Shown here: positions 1 through 10,881 of the stretch, piece after piece
Layout: each line of letters begins with the position of its first letter
Position numbering within the stretch: the first letter of the stretch is position 1
From: Auanema rhodensis
Taxonomy: Eukaryota; Animalia; Nematoda
Length of the DNA: 64,000 nucleotides
NCBI GenBank assembly: GCA_964057225.1
Contig: OZ059898.1
Span: forward strand, 496,001-560,000
Direction of reading: 5' to 3'
Program-made: the position numbers and the translations under genes
The notes under the pieces: model-generated
What the model was told of the DNA's origin: nothing
Seen by the model: only the letters and a program-made list of their open reading frames with translations
Databases searched by the model: none

Positions 1-35
1 TTATCAGATTTGCGCTAGCTTAAAAATGCACCGAG

Positions 36-66
36 ATATCAACTGATATAAGTTCACACTTATATC
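36..66. other. Two overlapping short inverted repeats per monomer
   Basis: gatataagt(45-53)-tcac-acttatatc(58-66) is a perfect 9-bp stem. It overlaps atatca(36-41)-ac-tgatat(44-49). Confidence 0.9.
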
Positions 67-216
67 CTCGATTTTCACCCTGAAGAATTAATTTTTTCGT
101 TGAATAACATTGTCCATCGTCTTTGCCTTGAAAAAAGGAATCTAAAAACATTTACTTTTTGCTAAATTATCTTGAAATTTTTCGAAAAAATTTTTGTCAA
201 AATGTTTTTGGAAGCA

Positions 217-244
217 ATGTTGAGTGTACATGGAAACTCAACAT
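217..244. other. 9-bp inverted repeat per monomer
   Basis: atgttgagt(217-225), a 10-nt loop, then actcaacat(236-244). Confidence 0.9.
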
Positions 245-678
245 ACACTAATGCATTATTTTTCAAACGATCATAACTAATTTTTGTATTGAGCGTTTCT
301 CAATGTAGTATAGTGCATTCGATGCGGATTTTTAAGCTGCGTCGATCTGTGTTATCAGATTTGCGCTAGCTTAAAAATCCACCGAGATATCAACTGATAT
401 AAGTTCACACTTATATCCTCGATTTTCACCCTGAAGAATTAATTTTTTCGTTGAATAACATTGTCCATCGTCTTTGCCTTGAAAAAAAAAATCTGAAAAC
501 ATCTACTTTTTGCTAAATTATTTTGAAATTTTTCGAAAAAATTTTTGTCAAAATGTTTTTGGAAGCAATGTTGAGTGTACATGGAAACTCAACATACACT
601 AATGCATCATTTTTCAAACGATCATAACTAATTTTTGTATTAAGCGTTTCTCAATGTAGTATAGTGCATTCGATGCGG

Positions 679-729
679 ATTTTTAAGCTGCGTCGATCTG
701 TGTTATCAGATTTGCGCTAGCTTAAAAAT
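679..729. other. Long imperfect inverted repeat present once per monomer (monomer pos 328 to pos 27 of the next copy)
   Basis: atttttaagct-gcg-tcg-atctg-[tgttat]-cagat-ttg-cgc-t-agcttaaaaat: an 11-bp perfect outer stem plus 3-bp and 5-bp inner stems. Confidence 0.9.
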
Positions 730-1053
730 GCACCGAGATATCAACTGATATAAGTTCACACTTATATCCTCGATTTTCACCCTGAAGAATTAATTTTTTC
801 GTTGAATAACATTGTCCATCGTCTTTGCCTTGAAAAAAGGAATCTAAAAACATCTACTTTTTGCTAAATTATTTTGAAATTTTTCGAAAAAATTTTTGTC
901 AAAATGTTTTTGGAAGCAATGTTGAGTGTACATGGAAACTCAACATACACTAATGCATCATTTTTCAAACGATCATAACTAATTTTTGTATTAAGCGTTT
1001 CTCAATGTAGTATAGTGCATTCGATGCGGATTTTTAAGCTGCGTCGATCTGTG
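703..1053. repeat. Representative consensus-type monomer (monomer 3)
   Basis: Carries none of the recurrent variants. About 110/351 G+C and 12 CpG by manual count. Contains NheI, EcoRV, AseI, BstBI, BsrGI and NsiI palindromic sites. Confidence 0.92.
871..905. other. A/T-tract palindrome per monomer (pos 169-203)
   Basis: Perfect core tttttcgaaaaa (pos 178-189) flanked by attttga...tcaaaat. Confidence 0.8.
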
Positions 1054-2457
1054 TTATCAGATTTGCGCTAGCTTAAAAATGCACCGAGATATCAACTGAT
1101 ATAAGTTCACACTTATATCCTCGATTTTCACCCTGAAGAATTAATTTTTTCGTTGAATAACATTGTCCATCGTCTTTGCCTTGAAAAAAGGAATCTAAAA
1201 ACATCTACTTGTTGCTAAATTATTTTGAAATTTTTCGAAAAAATTTTTGTCAAAATGTTTTTGGAAGCAATGTTGAGTGTACATGGAAACTCAACATACA
1301 CTAATGCATCATTTTTCAAACGATCATAACTAATTTTTGTATCAAGCGTTTCTCAATGTAGTATAGTGCATTCGATGCGGATTTTTAAGCTGCGTCGATC
1401 TGTGTTATCAGATTTGCGCTAGCTTAAAAATGCACCGAGATATCAACTGATATAAGTTCACACTTATATCCTCGATTTTCACCCTGAAGAATTAATTTTT
1501 TTGTTGAATAACATTGTCCATCGTCTTTGCCTTGAAAAAAGGAATCTAAAAACATCTACTTTTTGCTAAATTATTTTGAAATTTTTCGAAAAAATTTTTG
1601 TCAAAATGTTTTTGGAAGCAATGTTGAGTGTACATGGAAACTCAACATACACTAATGCATCATTTTTCAAACGATCATAACTAATTTTTGTATTAAGCGT
1701 TTCTCAATGTAGTATAGTGCATTCGATGCGGATTTTTAAGCTGCGTCGATCTGTGTTATCAGATTTGCGCTAGCTTAAAAATCCACCGAGATATCAACTG
1801 ATATAAGTTCACACTTATATCCTCGATTTTCACCCTGAAGAATTAATTTTTTCGTTGAATAACATTGTCCATCGTCTTTGCCTTGAAAAAAAAAATCTGA
1901 AAACATCTACTTTTTGCTAAATTATTTTGAAATTTTTCGAAAAAATTTTTGTCAAAATGTTTTTGGAAGCAATGTTGAGTGTACATGGAAACTCAACATA
2001 CACTAATGCATCATTTTTCAAACGATCATAACTAATTTTTGTATTAAGCGTTTCTCAATGTAGTATAGTGCATTCGATGCGGATTTTTAAGCTGCGTCGA
2101 TCTGTGTTATCAGATTTGCGCTAGCTTAAAAATGCACCGAGATATCAACTGATATAAGTTCACACTTATATCCTCGATTTTCACCCTGAAGAATTAATTT
2201 TTTCGTTGAATAACATTGTCCATCGTCTTTGCCTTGAAAAAAGGAATCTAAAAACATCTACTTTTTGCTAAATTATTTTGAAATTTTTCGAAAAAATTTT
2301 TGTCAAAATGTTTTTGGAAGCAATGTTGAGTGTACATGGAAACTCAACATACACTAATGCATCATTTTTCAAACGATCATAACTAATTTTTGTATTAAGC
2401 GTTTCTCAATGTAGTATAGTGCATTCGATGCGGATTTTTAAGCTGCGTCGATCTGTG

Positions 2458-5400
2458 TTATCAGATTTGCGCTAGCTTAAAAATGCACCGAGATATCAAC
2501 TGATATAAGTTCACACTTATATCCTCGATTTTCACCCTGAAGAATTAATTTTTTCGTTGAATAACATTGTCCATCGTCTTTGCCTTGAAAAAAGGAATCT
2601 AAAAACATCTACTTTTCGCCAAATTATTTTGAAATTTTTCGAAAAAATTTTTGTCAAAATGTTTTTGGAAGCAATGTTGAGTGTACATGGAAACTCAACA
2701 TACACTAATGCATCATTTTTCAAACGATCATAACTAATTTTTGTATTAAGCGTTTCTCAATGTAGTATAGTGCATTCGATGCGGATTTTTAAGCTGCGTC
2801 GATCTGTGTTATCAGATTTGCGCTAGCTTAAAAATGCACCGAGATATCAACTGATATAAGTTCACACATATATCCTCGATTTTCACCCTGAAGAATTAAT
2901 TTTTTCGTTGAATAACATTGTCCATCGTCTTTGCCTTGAAAAAAGGAATCTAAAAACATCTACTTTTTGCTAAATTATTTTGAAATTTTTCGAAAAAATT
3001 TTTGTCAAAATGTTTTTGGAAGCAATGTTGAGTGTACATGGAAACTCAACATACACTAATGCATCATTTTTCAAACGATCATAACTAATTTTTGTATTAA
3101 GCGTTTCTCAATGTAGTATAGTGCATTCGATGCGGATTTTTAAGCTGCGTCGATCTGTGTTATCAGATTTGCGCTAGCTTAAAAATGCACCGAGATATCA
3201 ACTGATATAAGTTCACACTTATATCCTCGATTTTCACCCTGAAGAATTAATTTTTTCGTTGAATAACATTGTCCATCGTCTTTGCCTTGAAAAAAGGAAT
3301 CTAAAAACATCTACTTTTTGCTAAATTATTTTGAAATTTTTCGAAAAAATTTTTGTCAAAATGTTTTTGGAAGCAATGTTGAGTGTACATGGAAACTCAA
3401 CATACACTAATGCATCATTTTTCAAACGATCATAACTAATTTTTGTATTAAGCGTTTCTCAATGTAGTATAGTGCATTCGATGCGGATTTTTAAGCTGCG
3501 TCGATCTGTGTTATCAGATTTGCGCTAGCTTAAAAATGCACCGAGATATCAACTGATATAAGTTCACACTTATATCCTCGATTTTCACCCTGAAGAATTA
3601 ATTTTTTCGTTGAATAACATTGTCCATCGTCTTTGCCTTGAAAAAAGGAATCTAAAAACATCTACTTTTCGCCAAATTATTTTGAAATTTTTCGAAAAAA
3701 TTTTTGTCAAAATGTTTTTGGAAGCAATGTTGAGTGTACATGGAAACTCAACATACACTAATGCATCATTTTTCAAACGATCATAACTAATTTTTGTATT
3801 AAGCGTTTCTCAATGTAGTATAGTGCATTCGATGCGGATTTTTAAGCTGCGTCGATCTGTGTTATCAGATTTGCGCTAGCTTAAAAATGCACCGAGATAT
3901 CAACTGATATAAGTTCACACATATATCCTCGATTTTCACCCTGAAGAATTAATTTTTTCGTTGAATAACATTGTCCATCGTCTTTGCCTTAAAAAAAGGA
4001 ATCTAAAAACATCTACTTTTTGCTAAATTATTTTGAAATTTTTCGAAAAAATTTTTGTCAAAATGTTTTTGGAAGCAATGTTGAGTGTACATGGAAACTC
4101 AACATACACTAATGCATCATTTTTCAAACGATCATAACTAATTTTTGTATTAAGCGTTTCTCAATGTAGTATAGTGCATTCGATGCGGATTTTTAAGCTG
4201 CGTCGATCTGTGTTATCAGATTTGCGCTAGCTTAAAAATGCACCGAGATATCAACTGATATAAGTTCACACTTATATCCTCGATTTTCACCCTGAAGAAT
4301 TAATTTTTTCGTTGAATAACATTGTCCATCGTCTTTGCCTTGAAAAAAGGAATCTAAAAACATCTACTTTTCGCCAAATTATTTTGAAATATTTCGAAAA
4401 AATTTTTGTCAAAATGTTTTTGGAAGCAATGTTGAGTGTACATGGAAACTCAACATACACTAATGCATCATTTTTCAAACGATCATAACTAATTTTTGTA
4501 TTAAGCGTTTCTCAATGTAGTATAGTGCATTCGATGCGGATTTTTAAGCTGCGTCGATCTGTGTTATCAGATTTGCGCTAGCTTAAAAATGCACCGAGAT
4601 ATCAACTGATATAAGTTCACACTTATATCCTCGATTTTCACCCTGAAGAATTAATTTTTTCGTTGAATAACATTGTCCATCGTCTTTGCCTTGAAAAAAG
4701 GAATCTAAAAACATCTACTTTTCGCCAAATTATTTTGAAATTTTTCGAAAAAATTTTTGTCAAAATGTTTTTGGAAGCAATGTTGAGTGTACATGGAAAC
4801 TCAACATACACTAATGCATCATTTTTCAAACGATCATAACTAATTTTTGTATTAAGCGTTTCTCAATGTAGTATAGTGCATTCGATGCGGATTTTTAAGC
4901 TGCGTCGATCTGTGTTATCAGATTTGCGCTAGCTTAAAAATGCACCGAGATATCAACTGATATAAGTTCACACATATATCCTCGATTTTCACCCTGAAGA
5001 ATTAATTTTTTCGTTGAATAACATTGTCCATCGTCTTTGCCTTAAAAAAAGGAATCTAAAAACATCTACTTTTTGCTAAATTATTTTGAAATTTTTCGAA
5101 AAAATTTTTGTCAAAATGTTTTTGGAAGCAATGTTGAGTGTACATGGAAACTCAACATACACTAATGCATCATTTTTCAAACGATCATAACTAATTTTTG
5201 TATTAAGCGTTTCTCAATGTAGTATAGTGCATTCGATGCGGATTTTTAAGCTGCGTCGATCTGTGTTATCAGATTTGCGCTAGCTTAAAAATGCACCGAG
5301 ATATCAACTGATATAAGTTCACACTTATATCCTCGATTTTCACCCTGAAGAATTAATTTTTTCGTTGAATAACATTGTCCATCGTCTTTGCCTTGAAAAA

Positions 5401-5967
5401 AGGAATCTAAAAACATCTACTTTTCGCCAAATTATTTTGAAATTTTTCGAAAAAATTTTTGTCAAAATGTTTTTGGAAGCAATGTTGAGTGTACATGGAA
5501 ACTCAACATACACTAATGCATCATTTTTCAAACGATCATAACTAATTTTTGTATTAAGCGTTTCTCAATGTAGTATAGTGCATTCGATGCGGATTTTTAA
5601 GCTGCGTCGATCTGTGTTATCAGATTTGCGCTAGCTTAAAAATGCACCGAGATATCAACTGATATAAGTTCACACATATATCCTCGATTTTCACCCTGAA
5701 GAATTAATTTTTTCGTTGAATAACATTGTCCATCGTCTTTGCCTTAAAAAAAGGAATCTAAAAACATCTACTTTTTGCTAAATTATTTTGAAATTTTTCG
5801 AAAAAATTTTTGTCAAAATGTTTTTGGAAGCAATGTTGAGTGTACATGGAAACTCAACATACACTAATGCATCATTTTTCAAACGATCATAACTAATTTT
5901 TGTATTAAGCGTTTCTCAATGTAGTATAGTGCATTCGATGCGGATTTTTAAGCTGCGTCGATCTGTG
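2458..5967. repeat. Local variant block (monomers 8-17) with mixed 2-3-monomer periodicity
   Basis: The T160C+T163C type occurs in monomers 8, 11, 13, 14 and 16. The T60A type (with or without G130A) occurs in monomers 9, 12, 15 and 17. Neither T160C+T163C nor T60A was seen elsewhere in the window. Confidence 0.85.
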
Positions 5968-8900
5968 TTATCAGATTTGCGCTAGCTTAAAAATGCACCG
6001 AGATATCAACTGATATAAGTTCACACTTATATCCTCGATTTTCACCCTGAAGAATTAATTTTTTCGTTGAATAACATTGTCCATCGTCTTTGCCTTGAAA
6101 AAAGGAATCTAAAAACATCTTCTTTTTGCTAAATTATTTTGAAATTTTTCGAAAAAATTTTTGTCAAAATGTTCTTGGAAGCAATGTTGAGTGTACATGG
6201 AAACTCAACATACACTAATGCATCATTTTTCAAACGATCATAACTAATTTTTGTATTAAGCGTTTCTCAATGTAGTATAGTGCATTCGATGCGGATTTTT
6301 AAGCTGCGTCGATCTGTGTTATCAGATTTGCGCTAGCTTAAAAATGCACCGAGATATCAACTGATATAAGTTCACACTTATATCCTCGATTTTCACCCTG
6401 AAGAATTAATTTTTTCGTTGAATAACATTGTCCATCGTCTTTGCCTTGAAAAAAGGAATCTAAAAACATCTACTTTTTGCTAAATTATCTTGAAATTTTT
6501 CGAAAAAATTTTTGTCAAAATGTTTTTGGAAGCAATGTTGAGTGTACATGGAAACTCAACATACACTAATGCATCATTTTTCAAACGATCATAACTAATT
6601 TTTGTATTAAGCGTTTCTCAATGTAGTATAGTGCATTCGATGCGGATTTTTAAGCTGCGTCGATCTGTGTTATCAGATTTGCGCTAGCTTAAAAATGCAC
6701 CGAGATATCAACTGATATAAGTTCACACTTATATCCTCGATTTTCACCCTGAAGAATTAATTTTTTCGTTGAATAACATTGTCCATCGTCTTTGCCTTGA
6801 AAAAAGGAATCTAAAAACATCTACTTTTTGCTAAATTATCTTGAAATTTTTCGAAAAAATTTTTGTCAAAATGTTTTTGGAAGCAATGTTGAGTGTACAT
6901 GGAAACTCAACATACACTAATGCATCATTTTTCAAACGATCATAACTAATTTTTGTATTAAGCGTTTCTCAATGTAGTATAGTGCATTCGATGCGGATTT
7001 TTAAGCTGCGTCGATCTGTGTTATCAGATTTGCGCTAGCTTAAAAATGCACCGAGATATCAACTGATATAAGTTCACACTTATATCCTCGATTTTCACCC
7101 TGAAGAATTAATTTTTTCGTTGAATAACATTGTCCATCGTCTTTGCCTTGAAAAAAGGAATCTAAAAACATTTACTTTTTGCTAAATTATCTTGAAATTT
7201 TTCGAAAAAATTTTTGTCAAAATGTTTTTGGAAGCAATGTTGAGTGTACATGGAAACTCAACATACACTAATGCATTATTTTTCAAACGATCATAACTAA
7301 TTTTTGTATTAAGCGTTTCTCAATGTAGTATAGTGCATTCGATGCGGATTTTTAAGCTGCGTCGATCTGTGTTATCAGATTTGCGCTAGCTTAAAAATCC
7401 ACCGAGATATCAACTGATATAAGTTCACACTTATATCCTCGATTTTCACCCTGAAGAATTAATTTTTTCGTTGAATAACATTGTCCATCGTCTTTGCCTT
7501 GAAAAAAAAAATCTGAAAACATCTACTTTTTGCTAAATTATTTTGAAATTTTTCGAAAAAATTTTTGTCAAAATGTTTTTGGAAGCAATGTTGAGTGTAC
7601 ATGGAAACTCAACATACACTAATGCATCATTTTTCAAACGATCATAACTAATTTTTGTATTAAGCGTTTCTCAATGTAGTATAGTGCATTCGATGCGGAT
7701 TTTTAAGCTGCGTCGATCTGTGTTATCAGATTTGCGCTAGCTTAAAAATGCACCGAGATATCAACTGATATAAGTTCACACTTATATCCTCGATTTTCAC
7801 CCTGAAGAATTAATTTTTTCGTTGAATAACATTGTCCATCGTCTTTGCCTTGAAAAAAGGAATCTAAAAACATCTACTTGTTGCTAAATTATTTTGAAAT
7901 TTTTCGAAAAAATTTTTGTCAAAATGTTTTTGGAAGCAATGTTGAGTGTACATGGAAACTCAACATACACTAATGCATCATTTTTCAAACGATCATAACT
8001 AATTTTTGTATCAAGCGTTTCTCAATGTAGTATAGTGCATTCGATGCGGATTTTTAAGCTGCGTCGATCTGTGTTATCAGATTTGCGCTAGCTTAAAAAT
8101 GCACCGAGATATCAACTGATATAAGTTCACACTTATATCCTCGATTTTCACCCTGAAGAATTAATTTTTTTGTTGAATAACATTGTCCATCGTCTTTGCC
8201 TTGAAAAAAGGAATCTAAAAACATCTACTTTTTGCTAAATTATTTTGAAATTTTTCGAAAAAATTTTTGTCAAAATGTTTTTGGAAGCAATGTTGAGTGT
8301 ACATGGAAACTCAACATACACTAATGCATCATTTTTCAAACGATCATAACTAATTTTTGTATTAAGCGTTTCTCAATGTAGTATAGTGCATTCGATGCGG
8401 ATTTTTAAGCTGCGTCGATCTGTGTTATCAGATTTGCGCTAGCTTAAAAATCCACCGAGATATCAACTGATATAAGTTCACACTTATATCCTCGATTTTC
8501 ACCCTGAAGAATTAATTTTTTCGTTGAATAACATTGTCCATCGTCTTTGCCTTGAAAAAAAAAATCTGAAAACATCTACTTTTTGCTAAATTATTTTGAA
8601 ATTTTTCGAAAAAATTTTTGTCAAAATGTTTTTGGAAGCAATGTTGAGTGTACATGGAAACTCAACATACACTAATGCATCATTTTTCAAACGATCATAA
8701 CTAATTTTTGTATTAAGCGTTTCTCAATGTAGTATAGTGCATTCGATGCGGATTTTTAAGCTGCGTCGATCTGTGTTATCAGATTTGCGCTAGCTTAAAA
8801 ATGCACCGAGATATCAACTGATATAAGTTCACACTTATATCCTCGATTTTCACCCTGAAGAATTAATTTTTTCGTTGAATAACATTGTCCATCGTCTTTG

Positions 8901-10881
8901 CCTTGAAAAAAGGAATCTAAAAACATCTACTTTTTGCTAAATTATTTTGAAATTTTTCGAAAAAATTTTTGTCAAAATGTTTTTGGAAGCAATGTTGAGT
9001 GTACATGGAAACTCAACATACACTAATGCATCATTTTTCAAACGATCATAACTAATTTTTGTATTAAGCGTTTCTCAATGTAGTATAGTGCATTCGATGC
9101 GGATTTTTAAGCTGCGTCGATCTGTGTTATCAGATTTGCGCTAGCTTAAAAATGCACCGAGATATCAACTGATATAAGTTCACACTTATATCCTCGATTT
9201 TCACCCTGAAGAATTAATTTTTTCGTTGAATAACATTGTCCATCGTCTTTGCCTTGAAAAAAGGAATCTAAAAACATCTACTTGTTGCTAAATTATTTTG
9301 AAATTTTTCGAAAAAATTTTTGTCAAAATGTTTTTGGAAGCAATGTTGAGTGTACATGGAAACTCAACATACACTAATGCATCATTTTTCAAACGATCAT
9401 AACTAATTTTTGTATTAAGCGTTTCTCAATGTAGTATAGTGCATTCGATGCGGATTTTTAAGCTGCGTCGATCTGTGTTATCAGATTTGCGCTAGCTTAA
9501 AAATGCACCGAGATATCAACTGATATAAGTTCACACTTATATCCTCGATTTTCACCCTGAAGAATTAATTTTTTCGTTGAATAACATTGTCCATCGTCTT
9601 TGCCTTGAAAAAAGGAATCTAAAAACATCTACTTTTTGCTAAATTATTTTGAAATTTTTCGAAAAAATTTTTGTCAAAATGTTTTTGGAAGCAATGTTGA
9701 GTGTACATGGAAACTCAACATACACTAATGCATCATTTTTCAAACGATCATAACTAATTTTTGTATTAAGCGTTTCTCAATGTAGTATAGTGCATTCGAT
9801 GCGGATTTTTAAGCTGCGTCGATCTGTGTTATCAGATTTGCGCTAGCTTAAAAATGCACCGAGATATCAACTGATATAAGTTCACACTTATATCCTCGAT
9901 TTTCACCCTGAAGAATTAATTTTTTCGTTGAATAACATTGTCCATCGTCTTTGCCTTGAAAAAAGGAATCTAAAAACATCTACTTGTTGCTAAATTATTT
10001 TGAAATTTTTCGAAAAAATTTTTGTCAAAATGTTTTTGGAAGCAATGTTGAGTGTACATGGAAACTCAACATACACTAATGCATCATTTTTCAAACGATC
10101 ATAACTAATTTTTGTATCAAGCGTTTCTCAATGTAGTATAGTGCATTCGATGCGGATTTTTAAGCTGCGTCGATCTGTGTTATCAGATTTGCGCTAGCTT
10201 AAAAATGCACCGAGATATCAACTGATATAAGTTCACACTTATATCCTCGATTTTCACCCTGAAGAATTAATTTTTTTGTTGAATAACATTGTCCATCGTC
10301 TTTGCCTTGAAAAAAGGAATCTAAAAACATCTACTTTTTGCTAAATTATTTTGAAATTTTTCGAAAAAATTTTTGTCAAAATGTTTTTGGAAGCAATGTT
10401 GAGTGTACATGGAAACTCAACATACACTAATGCATCATTTTTCAAACGATCATAACTAATTTTTGTATTAAGCGTTTCTCAATGTAGTATAGTGCATTCG
10501 ATGCGGATTTTTAAGCTGCGTCGATCTGTGTTATCAGATTTGCGCTAGCTTAAAAATCCACCGAGATATCAACTGATATAAGTTCACACTTATATCCTCG
10601 ATTTTCACCCTGAAGAATTAATTTTTTCGTTGAATAACATTGTCCATCGTCTTTGCCTTGAAAAAAAAAATCTGAAAACATCTACTTTTTGCTAAATTAT
10701 TTTGAACTTTTTCGAAAAAATTTTTGTCAAAATGTTTTTGGAAGCAATGTTGAGTGTACATGGAAACTCAACATACACTAATGCATCATTTTTCAAACGA
10801 TCATAACTAATTTTTGTATTAAGCGTTTCTCAATGTAGTATAGTGCATTCGATGCGGATTTTTAAGCTGCGTCGATCTGTG

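Noticed and set aside
95-111. CENP-B box-like motif tttcgttgaataacatt
   Set aside because: It matches only the TTCG half; the essential CGGG is absent.
80-133. Satellite-encoded hammerhead ribozyme (CUGAAGA at 80-86 matches CUGANGA; GAAA at 130-133)
   Set aside because: The intervening sequence does not close a stem II and I could not build stems I and III. The minus-strand candidate (CUGAUAA) mismatches the core. An Infernal/Rfam search of a dimer would settle it.
703-1053. Monomer as an ancient dimer of ~175-bp subunits
   Set aside because: No convincing direct similarity between the halves by eye; it would need a self dot-plot.
2532-5531. Five 63-aa ORFs as real protein-coding genes
   Set aside because: They exist only where a local SNP removes a TAG; nearly all other monomers have the stop. 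The composition simply mirrors A/T tracts, and there is no recognisable domain or gene context.
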